A stretch of DNA of 64,000 bases from Eledone cirrhosa (GCA_964016885.1 OZ024751.1:24056001-24120000); one strand, 5' to 3'. Counted from the first letter of the stretch, positions 16,206-29,872 are shown. Translations and numbers: made by a program. The notes: generated by a model not told the origin, from the letters alone.

Positions 16206-16270
16206 TATATTATGTATAATGTATATATATGCATATATGTAATACATACATATATATATATATAAATATT

Positions 16271-16386
<116 letters not shown>

Positions 16387-16794
16387 TATGGAATACTGTT
16401 GGCTTTTCTCTACAATGTTTTCTATACCTTTCATTTATATATATATATATAATATATATGCACACATATATATATATATAATGTATTAATGAGTAGGATT
16501 CAGACCCGGACTGAAAGCATAATTCAGGATTGAGTTCCCTGTACATCTAACTATCTCTGGAGGATACAAATAAGATAAATTTCACCTGTTTGAAATTTAG
16601 ACATGTATGATATTCCTCTTATCACCAGATAACTAATGACCGTGCAGAGAAACTCCATTTGTAACTCCCTATTGTCTCATGTTTTTGCAAACAAACAAAA
16701 ACTATTTTATGGATAAAATTGTAATGAAGCTTTTTCTATGAAACGTCAAGTAAGTATTTCAATATAAATATATATATATATATATATAGAAGCA

Positions 16795-16988
16795 GTATCA
16801 CAATAGTTAGTTCGCCATACCGAGAACAAATGTTTCACCTCATTCGGATCCTCAGCTCGGATCCGAATAAGGTGAAATATTTGTTCTCGGTATGGCGAAC
16901 TAACTGTTGTGGAACTAACTTCGAACCAAACTCGTCCGATGGACTGAGTCCTCTACTACTATGGATATAACCCAACAGTGTTCTAATA
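16795..16988 (+). mobile_element. (TA)n-embedded foldback insertion with tail
   Basis: Arms ~16800-16851 and ~16858-16912, then a ~75-bp tail. The TTGTGGAACTAAC motif is shared with 23983-24062. Confidence 0.6.
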
Positions 16989-17052
16989 TTATATATATAC
17001 ATATATATATATGTATATATATATACACATATATATATATATATATATATAT

Positions 17053-17429
17053 AACGAAGGAAATGTGGTAAGGAACCAGGTGGACCATAACGCACCAAAG
17101 TACTCAATACTTGAGGTAGTAGAGTGGGTAATAGGAACCAGTAAGACCCCGACAGCTGAGCTCAAGCCGTTTTCTTTAAAATTATTATTATTTTTTTTAA
17201 TTTATAAATTTACGGTTGGTTGGTTGGTTTCACAACCGGACGGTCAAAGTTCTTTCGTCACACATTCTGTGCTCTCTTCAGTGACTGGGGACTCCCATTA
17301 TGCCAAACCCATGACTTCCAAATATCTGATCTACCAACTGGTGAAAGGTACTGGTGCGCGTGTTTCATATTGGCAACATGAATTAGCCGTCGAAACGGCT
17401 TGAGCTCAGCTGTCGGGGTCTTACTGGTT

Positions 17430-17432
<3 letters not shown>
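17053..17432 (-). mobile_element. Family A element with a captured ~210-bp family G segment at the inversion junction
   Basis: A main copy 17053-17171, G segment 17172-17380 (hammerhead at 17243-17285, -), A inverted arm 17383-17432. Confidence 0.8.
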
Positions 17433-17500
<68 letters not shown>

Positions 17501-17642
17501 ATATATATATTGTCAGTGTTGAACAAATGAGCAATGATGGTTGCTAGACACTGTACGGCTTAATTCGGGATGTTTGTTTACAAACACACCGAGCATTATA
17601 ATAAGTGTTCGGTGAATCCATACGTACATATATGTGTGCATG

Positions 17643-17712
<70 letters not shown>

Positions 17713-17840
17713 CTACTGTACGTCTGTATACATATATGTATGTACGTATACATACTTATATTTAAGTAACAGCCGTACTAAGAGTGAGAAATGAAATTTC
17801 GTTTCATTTTTTCCATTTATATATATATATATATATATAT

Positions 17841-18223
17841 ATCGTTTCTGAATTTGTTTAGCAAGATTCCTTACCTGAAAACGTGTGTTGAAACCGATAT
17901 TGTTATACTTTGGGAGGGTCATGTTGCCAATATGAAACACACGCACCAGTACCTTTCACCAGTTGGTAGATCAGATACTTGGAAGTCATGGGTTTGGCAT
18001 AATGGGAGTCCCCAGTCACTGAAGAGAGCAGAGAATGTGTGACGAAAGAACTTTGACCGTCCGGTTGTGAAACCAACCAACCAACCGTAAATTTATAAAT
18101 TAAAAAAAATAATAATAATTTTAAAGAAAATTTGTTTGAAATATTTTTTTAATTCATAATAAATTAGAGTGAAACCAACTGGTGTGTGTGTTTCTTATTG
18201 GCAACATGACCCTCTCAAAGTAT

Positions 18224-18230
<7 letters not shown>
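17841..18230. mobile_element. Family G element with inversion; hammerhead at 18015-18057 (+)
   Basis: GTCA-CTGAAGA-...-GAAA-GAAC-TT-TGAC, with stem II partly decayed. Flanked by (TA)n. Confidence 0.78.
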
Positions 18231-18307
<77 letters not shown>

Positions 18308-19249
18308 TTGTGATATAGTAAATCCTAGCCGTTGTTGATGATCCTTATATGGGCTCTCACTGTTCAGGCCGAGTGAGGAGCCATCTTCTTGTAGACACAT
18401 TTTCCCTCTTCATTACCAAGATATTTCCAGATTATTGCTTACACAATGATAATTCTGGATAACAATATTAATTTCTCCCTGTATTCAACAAATTTTAATC
18501 AACGTTATCTTCCAAGAATATATCAGAAATATTCTATGTTTAATCAGTAAATATAAAACTTCAGAAAAATACATTTGGAGAATGTATTTTCTGTTTGATT
18601 ATTTTTGTGTTTCGAGGTAATCCGTAAGTACATAAATGTAATATACAAAGAACAAAATTAAAAAGAAAATTGCACATAATAGAAAATAAAAAAGCATTAG
18701 AATATAATGATGTATTAACAAATATAAAATAAAATTAAATTACTTTTCTATCTGATTAGTTTTCTCTGGTGAATAGATTACATTCTATATGAAAAACTGA
18801 GTTGTTATATAATACACAGACACACACAAAGACGCGAACATACGCATATATATATATATATAAATGTAGGTATATATATATACGCACACACATGAAACAC
18901 AGACATAGATACATAGATACATACATACATATATATATGTGTGTATGTGCGTAGATGAATGTACTATGTATCTATGTGATTGTATTGGGTTTTTTGCGTG
19001 TGCTTGGGTTATATGTGTTGTATTTGTGTGTGCATGTTTTACTGTGCTTTTCATTCTGTGTGTGTGTGAATCTAATTAGTATCACTCTTTAATTTACGGC
19101 TTCCCTCGAGGAATTCATATTTTTTTCTTTCAAGGCTAAAAATCATTTCTTACTTCCATAATGTTGATATCATGCGTGTTAATTTTCAATTAACATAACT
19201 TTATTAATTTTATGCAAGAAATGGTGTTGTTTATGTGTGGTGTGGTGAA

Positions 19250-19430
19250 ATAATTGTTTCTACTTTTGGCACAAGGCCAGCAATAACCCAGTACATTACT
19301 GGTACTTTATTTTATCGACCCCGTAAGGATGAAAGGCAAAGTTAACCTCGACGGGATTTGAACTCAAACCGCAAAGGGACGTAACTATGCTGGAAAGCAT
19401 GGCGTCCGACTCTCTACCGATACTGCCAGT
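19250..19430 (-). mobile_element. tRNA-derived SINE, short subfamily
   Basis: Reverse complement of the 59369-59572 type. Confidence 0.85.
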
Positions 19431-19548
19431 GAAATAATGATGCTGAACTGTTAAAGAGGGGATTACGAAAGGAAGGTTGAAGTACACTCATCTAGGAAAA
19501 CTTGGATATGCAGTTGTACTGTTTGTTTTAAAGTATTTAATGGATTGG

Positions 19549-19594
<46 letters not shown>

Positions 19595-19876
19595 GTATAT
19601 ATACATACACAAACGTATATACATATACATATGTACATATGGGTTATATCGAACATTGGTAATAATGTTAGATTCGTTTGTAAACAAACACCCAGATTTG
19701 AAGCTGTGCCGATGACCGATCGTCACCTGTTTGTTTAACACTGGCTTTGAGGAACAATCAACATGTTTCTGCGCCATTGCCATTCATCAAAACTGTATAT
19801 CTCTGCCAGTAGAAACATTCATATATTCATATATATATATATATATATACTGATTAATGTTCAGAGGTTGAAGAAC

Positions 19877-20157
19877 TCAGAGCTGTACGGGAGCCTCCCA
19901 AAAGAAGCGCGAAAGTAGCACAGGGGAGACTGAGGTTAGCTGGACATGCTCACCGACATCCAGAGTTAACACTGCACCCAGTGTTCCTATGGGAGCCCCT
20001 GCACGGATACACTCGAGAGGGGAACCGAGGTTGATATATGTTGATGCCCTAAGGACTGACACCGGTCTCATGGAGACGCAGGACATGGCAGCGATGATGA
20101 GGGACAGAGACCACTGGAGAGAACATGTCCATGGATCTCGGGAATTTTACCCACCCT

Positions 20158-20158
<1 letters not shown>
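19877..20158 (+). mobile_element. 3' end of an RTE-clade LINE
   Basis: Frameshifted translation ELYGSLP...RLRLAGHAHRHPE...LWEPLHG...YVDALRTDTG...MMRDRDHW is the typical RTE ORF C-terminus. It ends in (TA)n. Confidence 0.75.
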
Positions 20159-20234
<76 letters not shown>

Positions 20235-21073
20235 TGTGTGTATATATGTGTATACGCATATATGAATGGTTGTATGTATTTTATGAATCTGAATTCTAGA
20301 ATTGTGTTTTGCAACATTTCTATTTCGTTTGTAAATGTATTCTTTCACACAATTTATCTTGAGGTAATGGTCACTAATTGTTGTACGTGTGTGTAGTTGG
20401 TTTCCTTTAAATATTTTTCCCAATATTTTTAGCGAGTCAAGAATGGCTACAAATAATTAAAACAAACAAAAAACTGCCATGAACGTTGAAATATATTCAA
20501 TGCCTAAATCACCATTTTTAATTAGCCACTGGGTTTAATTAACCTTAAATAAATTTGTGTAGAATATTGAGAAATAACACATTTAATTCAAACTTGAGAA
20601 ATAACGCAAATGTGATTTCATCTTAAATTTGTATAATTTAGATCGGTGCTAATGGAAAAAATATCATACGGAAAAAGAACATTAAATTGTAAATGACAAA
20701 TGCAATTTCTTTGCAGTTCGTAAAAAATAACAACAAAAAATCCACAAAAATGCAGGAAATTGGAAATCCATGACACATCGAATAGACTTAGCATTCCTTG
20801 TCACGTTGAAAAATATGTTTGTTGGTATCGAATTTGGCTCTTTGCACTCTCTGTTCAAATTGCGCCGTCGACAACTTTGCCTCTCAGCATTTCAGATTTG
20901 ATGGATACAGGACAGATATAACTCTGTTGTCTATCTTTCTTATCCACTTTCCTTCAATGGATAGAATCGGTTGCATTCATAGTTGGAGAGGAATTGGTTC
21001 TGCCAGGTATAAAATGGTCTATACATACCCTGTGGAAGTTCGGAGCCTATGAAGAACTTACATAAAACATAAT

Positions 21074-21475
21074 TCAACCCTTTCGTGACAGTATTTCGAA
21101 TAAAATATTTTTAGTTCATGTGAGAATGGAAACATTTTGACTCCCTTACGAAAGTGATTTATCAGATTACTGAAACTGGATATTATCATAAAAGCTTTTT
21201 CTTATATAAAATTATTTTGAAGGATTTAACATCATGCCACGAGTAAGAAGAAAATAGCAAGAAATATATTCATTATATCTTTGTAAAAAAGTATAATATC
21301 AGAGGAATGACTTCAATTGTTAATAGGATGAAGGAATAGAGCTGATTTAACTTTTCCAAGACTGTCTTGCTTCCTAATGCGTTTCATGTAGCAAAAAATA
21401 TTTTGAACGGTATTGTATGGTTTGTTTCATTGAACCAGAGCTGGAGTTTGGTAGATCTTTTATCAAAAGGGTTAA
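21074..21475. mobile_element. Possible degenerate piggyBac-like MITE
   Basis: Ends TCAACCCTTTCG...CAAAAGGGTTAA. The same right end TATCAAAAGGGTTAA recurs at ~36161. Confidence 0.35.
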
Positions 21476-21882
21476 TCAGATAATTCAAACAGAAATAAAT
21501 CTCCAGCCTACCCTGAAGCATCCTTCGTTTTACTTCATGGAGCCTTTGTTATTCATAGCCATAGTGTAAAGAAGTAAAATGCGACCGTGTTGAAAGAGAC
21601 GTTCTACAATTTTGTATTTCCTAAAGCAAAATTGCATGTTATAAAACAATAACATTTGCTATGGTGTTTGAAATACAGAGGACAAAGAAACAATCTACTA
21701 ATTCATTTACATCGATATACTAAAGGGAATTGTTTCTATTCCTACATATACTGGAATTACCTTTCGTGATTTTTTTTATCGGCAACTACGTATGTATGTA
21801 TGTAAGTAAGTATTTATGTATGTGTGTGTATGTATGTATATATGTGTGTTTATGTATGTATGTATATATGTGTGCCTATGTA

Positions 21883-21959
<77 letters not shown>

Positions 21960-22597
21960 GTGCGTGTGTGTGTGTGTGTGTGCGCGCGGGTATAAGTAAA
22001 TTAAATTTATTGCTGGTTAACTAGCAACAGGCGACATATGCATGTTTGTATTTCTGTCTAAACTAAAAGCTAATCATATTAATGCACAAAATAACCCATA
22101 CAGAGGAGATGGAAAGTGAACTTGTTTGATTGTTTAGAAAAAGATTTCCTATGGGATCCTGCCTTTCAGCTAAAAGGATTACAACGCAGTAAACACATTA
22201 TTGCTCATTTATAAGTCACATGCACTCATGATATTTTTTTTTGTTTTGTTTTATGTTACCATAGCGTATATTTTATATTAAAGTTTTCATTGTACACTTA
22301 AGAGAGTGGCTCGAAAATTCTATTACATTTCTTTACGTCGATTTTGTTTTAGCGTACTCTTATGAACCATGAATACGCTACTTGCCATTGTTTCGCCACC
22401 ATTTGTATTTTTGTATTCTTATATATTTTCTCGTATATAACCATTCTAGGCTTATGTTATGTCTCTACAAGTCTAACATACGTACGGCCACCCATTGCTG
22501 CTTTCAATATATTAGATCGACAAGTATGAAATTTATAGAAATCTGTTTCTTTTTCTACAAATTTCTACAAATTTCATACTTGAGGACCCAATATATA

Positions 22598-22779
22598 CAG
22601 TGAAATTCCGTTATAACGAAATTCACGGGGTATAAAAAACATCGTTGTAAAGAAAAAATTATTTATGACGAGATCGACCGAAAAAAATCTATCGTTTCTT
22701 TGTTATTACATCGGGGATTGAAAAACATTTCGTTATACTGAAAAATTCGTTATAATGTTATTCATTATAACGGAATTCA
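22598..22779. mobile_element. Tigger/pogo-like MITE
   Basis: TA|CAGTGAAATTCCGTTATAACGA ... TCATTATAACGGAATTCA terminal inverted repeats with internal TTCGTTATA subrepeats. Confidence 0.6.
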
Positions 22780-22826
22780 TAAATCTTTGTTGTTCTCTCC
22801 AACATTCTAAATATTATATATATATC

Positions 22827-22877
<51 letters not shown>

Positions 22878-23052
22878 CACACGTTGATGGGCGTAGGCCC
22901 GAAATATTGGGATTAAATCTCCACTACGGTAACCCTTCTACCTTTGTTTTGTTTTCCTTTTTCGTTTCTCTCAATTTTCACTTCTCTCTTATTTCTCACT
23001 CACTTCCTACCTCGAGATTTCCCATCTGCATTGTTGTGGCTTTCTAAACTAC

Positions 23053-23084
<32 letters not shown>

Positions 23085-23089
<5 letters not shown>

Positions 23090-23490
23090 TAAAATAACAG
23101 ATTAAAGTTTAAGCAAAGAATCGCTGCTTTCACCCTTAACGGGTTCTTCTGAAACTAACAAAGTCAATCTGTGAACGCAGAGGTAAATATTTCATAAAAC
23201 GTGGAAACGTTCCCTGGCAAAGAACGGAAAAAAACCGAAGATAATACGTCATTATTTGGTGCAGTGAAAACAATTACACGCGAAGACAAAACCACGTTTA
23301 TGGTATAAATGAAGTCGTATACTAATATTCTCTTAGGTGGTTCATAGAGACGTTCTCTGGCAATGGACGGAAAAAACGAAGATAATACGTCATTATGTGG
23401 ATCAATGAGAACAATTACAGACACACAGACAAAACCACGTAAATGGTATAACAGAAGTCGTAGACTAAAATTCTATTTAGGAAACCGAAA
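23085..23490 (-). mobile_element. Family L element; hammerhead-like motif at 23106-23156 and an internal ~140-bp tandem duplication
   Basis: AGTTT-CAGAAGA-ACCC(gttaa)GGGT-GAA-AGCAG...TTGCT-T-AAACT. Duplicated blocks at ~23205-23337 and ~23347-23480. Other copies at 30432-30548 and 39873-39935. Confidence 0.7.
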
Positions 23491-24059
23491 GATTCTCGGC
23501 TTTAGAGTTAAGAATAAAGTAAATAAAATACAGAGGTAATTAAAATTAAATATATACATACACTCATCCGTATACGTACATACACAAGCATACGCGAAAC
23601 CACTCCCCATGGGTATGCAAATACAAGCACGTACACAAAAAAAAAGAAAACATACACACGCACATACAGAACCCAAGCAACGCCTGTACCGCACACATAC
23701 GAACGTATACACCAAATACACATAAAAATAAATAAATAAAAACATATATATATACACATGTGTGTGCGTGTGTGTGCGTGTATACATAATTAAATAAACG
23801 TTTATAAATATACACACATAAATACGTATACAACGCGCGCGCACACACCCACACATGTAAAGACACATATGTTGCCAGGCGCACGTCAACCAAAACACAA
23901 ATTACACATATACACACACCCTACATACGTACGAACCCGCATACTCACACAGACGCAAAACTCACGTATATATATATATATGTCTTTAGTTCCACAATAA
24001 ATTTCCAACCCATAATCGAGGACGTGGCTCTTGAGTTTGATAATTTGTTGTGGAACTAA

Positions 24060-24124
<65 letters not shown>

Positions 24125-24205
24125 CATCATATTTAAAATCCTGGACAGAACAGCCAAGATTTATGAATACATGTATATTTGATATATATATATATATTTA
24201 TATAT

Positions 24206-24460
24206 GTAGGAGGTGAGTTTTATTGTAGTACAATAAAGCAATGCAGATATCGGATAAGAAGCACTCTACAGTTTGTGCGACTGGAGTATGCATAATATAA
24301 GATCAAAAGATGGTTAAAGGAGTTCCATATATTTTATTATGCGCATTTCAAAAACAAACATCATCAAGCAATAATATTTGTGTTTTCATCAGATAAAACA
24401 GGAGAACATGATATGAAGGCTAAAAAACACTTGTGGATAGTGCAGTTTTAAATCAATCAT
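24206..24460 (-). mobile_element. Family B solo ~255-bp unit with intact hammerhead at 24330-24400
   Basis: TGTTTTAT-CTGATGA-stem II-GAAA-TGCGCA-TA-ATAAAATA, with TA runs on both sides. Confidence 0.85.
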
Positions 24461-24769
24461 ATATATTTATATATATACATGCACACACACACACATCTAT
24501 GTATCTATATACACGCATAAATGTGTATGTCATTATAAGTATCCTTTACCATACGGTTCTGTTGTTAACGCTTATATACATACACACACACTCACACATA
24601 TGTATTTATGAAAGATTGCGAGACAAGAAAAAACAGAGAGAGAGAGAGGTTGGGGGGAGAGAGAGAAAGAGAGAGGGAGAAGGGCATGAGAGAAGAGAGA
24701 GAGAGAGTGAAAGAGAAGATGTAAGAAAGATCTATCGAGTATGAATCGACTCCAGTACACACCACCATC

Positions 24770-24862
24770 TACACACCACCATCGACACGGATTTGGCTAC
24801 CTGCAGGTGTGGATCTCACGAGTTAGAATGGCTCTTCCAGGGCATCTCGCTGACCATCTTTC
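24770..24862 (+). mobile_element. Second, diverged CRE-like RLE fragment
   Basis: Aligns to 2274-2360 (CACCACCAT...GCAGGTGTG...CGAGTT.GA.TGGCT.TTCCAG). Confidence 0.6.
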
Positions 24863-24926
24863 AAGTAAACGTATTCTCTACTCTGTCCGAATTAAAAGAG
24901 TAGAAATTAATGCATGCAAGATTAAA

Positions 24927-26075
24927 CAGCTCTAGCGTCACTCCTTTATAGTCAGCCTATGAAGTTTTCAGCCGACTCTCATATAGTTTCATTTGCTTAT
25001 ATTAGTTCTGAGATGAGGGGAGAATAGTGGAGACGGAGGAAGTGTCAGTGGGAGTTTGGTTTCATTGTGTTTGGACCTGGTGTAAGTTTGCACAGCTCTA
25101 GCGTCACTCCTTTATAGTCAGCCTATGAAGTTTTCAGCCGACTCTCATATAGTTTCATTTGCTTATATTAGTTCTGAGATGAGGGGAGAATAGTGGAGAC
25201 GGAGGAAGTGTCAGTGGGAGTTTGGTTTCATTGTGTTTGGACCTGGTGTAAGTTTGCACAGCTCTAGCGTCACTCCTTTATAGTCAGCCTATGAAGTTTT
25301 CAGCCGACTCTCATATAGTTTCATTTGCTTATATTAGTTCTGAGATGAGGGAGAATAGTGGAGACGGAGGAAGTGTCAGTGGGAGTTTGGTTTCATTGTG
25401 TTTGGACCTGGTGTAAGTTTGCACAGCTCTAGCGTCACTCCTTTATAGTCAGCCTATGAAGTTTTCAGCCGACTCTCATATAGTTTCATTTGCTTATATT
25501 AGTTCTGAGATGAGGGGAGAATAGTGGAGACGGAGGAAGTGTCAGTGGGAGTTTGGTTTCATTGTGTTTGGACCTGGTGTAAGTTTGCACAGCTCTAGCG
25601 TCACTCCTTTATAGTCAGCCTATGAAGTTTTCAGCCGACACTCATATAGTTTCATTTGCTTATATTAGTTCTGAGATGAGGGGAGAATAGTGGAGACGGA
25701 GGAAGTGTCAGTGGGAGTTTGGTTTCATTGTGTTTGGACCTGGTGTAAGTTTGCACAGCTCTAGCGTCACTCCTTTATAGTCAGCCTATGAAGTTTTCAG
25801 CCGACTCTCATATAGTTTCATTTGCTTATATTAGTTCTGAGATGAGGGGAGAATAGTGGAGACGGAGGAAGTGTCAGTGGGAGTTTGGTTTCATTGTGTT
25901 TGGACCTGGTGTAAGTTTGCACAGCTCTAGCGTCACTCCTTTATAGTCAGCCTATGAAGTTTTCAGCCGACTGTCATATAGTTTCATTTGCTTATATATT
26001 AGTGCGAGATGAGGAGAACGGAAGATACGGAGGAAGTGACAGTGGGAGTTTGGTTTCATTGTTTGGACCTGGTGT
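24927..26075. repeat. Tandem array of ~7 copies of a 166-bp unit
   Basis: Units start at 24927, 25093, 25259, 25424, 25590, 25756 and 25922. The inner copies are nearly identical and the last is diverged. Confidence 0.95.
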
Positions 26076-26708
26076 ATATATATTTATTTACCACACCATT
26101 TTCCACGTATTTGCATGAAATATATATCAAACACATTAATTGTACTACATAATCTTTTATTTCATCTTCTAACAATTCTGTTTGTAAAGACGTTATGCTA
26201 ACCTTCACCAAGCGCCTAAAAAATACATGATTTGAAATGAGGCTCACTTAGAACATGTGCTGTAACTCGGGAGAAAAAGAGCAGAAGTTCATGACATGTT
26301 GGTATGTTATTGGTACTAATTTCATCTAACTATATCCGGAGTTTCATCCATTTCTGTCAAACGAGGAATAACATGAACAAAAATAAAAATTAGGCCAGTT
26401 TTGGGGTTTTCTTTTTTTATTCACTCTTTTTTTTTATAACCGAGAAAGATTTGTATGATTTGAAACAAAACGAGAAATCATTAGAGAATTCACTCAAATT
26501 GTCCAAAGGCATCACTTATTGTATTCAAGTTAAATACTCGTCTACTGAATGCTGTAGATAATGAATCTAATTCTGTTGTTTTGGAGATGCTAGAAATTGC
26601 TGCTAGGTTTTATTTTTCTGTTTACTACCTCGTGTCAAATATTAAATAATTTAAGAGGTCATAAGATACAGCTCTCATTACATTATACACATGTGCATAG
26701 GTATACGT

Positions 26709-26769
<61 letters not shown>

Positions 26770-26770
<1 letters not shown>

Positions 26771-27090
26771 ATATATTGTTATACTTGGGGAGGGTCATAT
26801 TGTTGTAATAATATTGTCAGAAATAATAACAGAACACGCCCACTGTTAGGTTGGTTTTCACTTCTGTATCTTTTATATCTCCACAGTTAATTCATTCGGT
26901 CCTCAGTGTTTACCATTGACTGACCAACGGTCAAAAATACAGATATAGTATGGATATAAACACATATATATAGTCTAACAAAGTTCTTTCGTTGCACATC
27001 TGCAACGTCATCAGAGGTACTATTATGTTTCTCCTGTTGTATTGTATGTCTACGCCATCAGAAATATGGCGTAGATATACAATACAACAT
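26770..27090 (-). mobile_element. Family M element with hammerhead core at ~26977-27018 and a short terminal inversion
   Basis: CTGATGA-C-GTTGCA(gatg)TGCAAC-GAAA-GAAC-TT; stem I is weak. Hairpin at ~27035-27088. Confidence 0.65.
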
Positions 27091-27124
27091 ATATATATAT
27101 ATGTGTGTGCGTGTGCGTGTGCGT

Positions 27125-27212
<88 letters not shown>

Positions 27213-27386
27213 GTGTGTGTTGTGTCAAGAGTTTTAGTAGACTAGATACTGGAAAAAGAGCGTTGTATGTAACGTAGAGTTACGCAACACTATGAACTAT
27301 ACGGTCTCCAAGACCTATGCTAGAATAAGCTTTGAAACCTTAGGTAGCAGGCATCTATGTGGCGAATTTATTTATTATATATATAT

Positions 27387-27433
<47 letters not shown>

Positions 27434-27480
27434 CATATTATATATATATATATATACATACATATTATATATATACATAC

Positions 27481-27535
<55 letters not shown>

Positions 27536-27538
<3 letters not shown>

Positions 27539-27730
27539 AACGAGAGTAGGACCCCGACGGCTGAGCTCAAGCCGTTTAGACGGCTAATTTTAGTCCAGAA
27601 CTAGCCGTTGAAACGGCTTGAGCTCAGCCGTCGGGGTCCTACTCGTTCCTATTACCCACTCTACTAGCCTAAGTATTGAGTACTTTGGTGCGTTATGGTC
27701 CACCTGGTTCCTTACCACATTTCCTTCGTT
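27536..27730 (+). mobile_element. Family A element with inverted arm
   Basis: Inverted arm 27536-27590 is joined within stem II to the main copy 27591-27730. Confidence 0.85.
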
Positions 27731-28186
27731 ATAAATAAACACATATGTGTATTATTGTATAATGCAAGAAAGTTTGCTCGTGAAAGTTCTAGTCATATTT
27801 GTATTATTTCTTCGGGCTTATTGCAAACTCGCCTTCATATAAAGTAGTTACATCTATTCATTCTGTGCGGGATTAAAGTTTGTTATTGTAATATGATTTA
27901 AATAAAATTCTTTTATATTATAAATACGAATTGGAATAAAATGCCATCAGACATCATTCCATTTGAATTCGATCTTTGTACTGACAACTATGGAACTGAA
28001 TTGAATTCTTTGATACGGTAATTAAATATTATATTTGAGTTGGAAAACAAAAAGGAGATGATACACTTTTGAAATGTTATTATATATATTATAGAAAATA
28101 TGAAGACAGTAGTATATACCTGTATAGATTTACGAACACTCAGCCAATCCCCACATCTACTGTTGTATGTATGTATGTATATATGT

Positions 28187-28792
28187 CAGGTCACCAGTTG
28201 GTGCTACTGGTAACATGTATCCCAGTACAACCTGTCTCATGGTCGGGTCGTTGGCAACTAAACTGGCAACCCCACCAAGGTTTCTTGGTGAGGAGGGTGA
28301 CTTTGGAGATCTTGCAAGACTAAAAGCAAAACCTGTCAAAGGGCAAAGGAGCTCTTAAGAGTCAATGGCCATCCAAAATCACCGGGAGAGATGACCCCTT
28401 AGCCTTTATCAAGGCAGAATTCTAGGAGAAGGAAAACTCTGATATAACACCTGCAACCCTGATGGTATCCAATGATGTTGACTTGTTCTTCTTTTTGGTA
28501 AATATCATCTTGGTTAAGAGAATGGGACTGGCTTTGTACAGTGCCTTTGCTCACTATAAAAGCTTCACGGCACAGGCATTGCTTTATATCTGGAGATCTC
28601 TCTGCACTTGTCGTAACATGGTACCATGGGCCCAGCACTATCTGTCAATAATTATCACAAGTGTAGTGTTTGTACCAGAGTTTTCATGTCGCTGGCTGGA
28701 CTAAAAAGTCACACTCGTAGAGGTTCGGTAGGGGTTCTCCTACATGGATTTAAAGTAGTGGCCGTACTCGAAAACGAGTTGGCAGCCACCAT
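28187..28792 (+). mobile_element. Non-autonomous RTE-derived element (5' UTR joined to 3' end)
   Basis: Contains the RTE-type 5' UTR motif CTAGGAGAAGGAAAACTCTG, a terminal C2H2-like CSVCTRVFMSLAGLKSH and an (ATGT)n tail. Confidence 0.6.
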
Positions 28793-28869
28793 GTATGTAT
28801 GTATGTATGTATGTATGTATGTATGTATTTATGTATGTATGTATGTATGTATGTATGGTTGTATGTATG

Positions 28870-29482
28870 TCGGGTCACTCTTGAGTGCTACTGGTAACAT
28901 GCAACTCAGTACAACCAGTCGCATGGTCTGGTATCGGCGACTAAACCGGCAACCCCACCAAGTTTACTTGGTGAGGAGGGTGAGTTTGGACACTCTGCAG
29001 GACAAAAAACAAAGGGTTGAAGAACTCATAAGAGTCAACAGCCATCCAAATGTGTGTAAATATGTATATACACATGTACATATGTAAGTATATGTATATG
29101 TGTATATACATAGGTGCATGTGTATGTATATTCGTGGGGACATAGAAATAGTCGGGCTGGACACCCGATCGCGCGGTTAAACAACTGGGAGTGAATGATC
29201 CCTAGCCTTTGTCAGGACATTCCTCTAGGAGAAGGCAACTCTGGAAACTGGGATAACACTGACATAAAACCTGCGGCTCAGTAGTTACCGATGATGTTGA
29301 TCTTTTCTTCTTTTCGGGTTATAGCTACTGTTGCTGAGAGTAGGATTGGCTCAGTGCACAGTCTTTCCTCACTTTAAAAAAATCTTCCCTCACCGGCAGT
29401 GCAGGATGTCATTAATTGATAATTATTAATAATGTTATATCGTGCAATGGCCGTACTCGATAACGAGGGGGCAGCCATCGTC
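28870..29482 (+). mobile_element. Second diverged copy of the RTE-derived element
   Basis: Colinear with 28187-28560 and shares the 3' end TGGCCGTACTCGA.AACGAG..GGCAGCCA. Confidence 0.6.
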
Positions 29483-29799
29483 ATATATGTATGCATTTAT
29501 TAATGTATGTATGTGTTTATTTATGTATGTATATATATGTATGTATAAATGTATGTATGCATACGGTGGCAGGCCATTGAAATAACGACACCAGAACTTT
29601 TTCGTTTATTTTCCTTATCACTACTGTGAATATGGATGACATATCGATTGCCTTCTGTCATATAATGAAGGTGTATCTTGGATATCGTCCTGGTAACATG
29701 ACGTAGTCATTTCACAACAAAAATACGTATCGTGACTATTGTGTAATTAAAGTGGTTGTAAATTGTAGCCTTCGTGCTGCGTTATTGATATATATATGT

Positions 29800-29872
<73 letters not shown>

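Noticed and set aside
17870-17905. CTGAAAACGTGTGTTGAAAC as a hammerhead in the family G tail
   Set aside because: The core is too short, there is no stem I, and it lies antisense to the family's real hammerhead orientation.
22874-22920. GGGC/GCCC-GAAA hairpin, and a similar TTGATAA-TGGG...CCC motif at ~36320-36355 (-)
   Set aside because: The core or GAAA is incomplete and stems I and III are not recoverable. At best these are heavily decayed hammerheads.
24927-26075. Possible CRISPR array or ribozyme-bearing satellite
   Set aside because: Whole units repeat with no unique spacers, the context is eukaryotic, and no hammerhead core was found on either strand.
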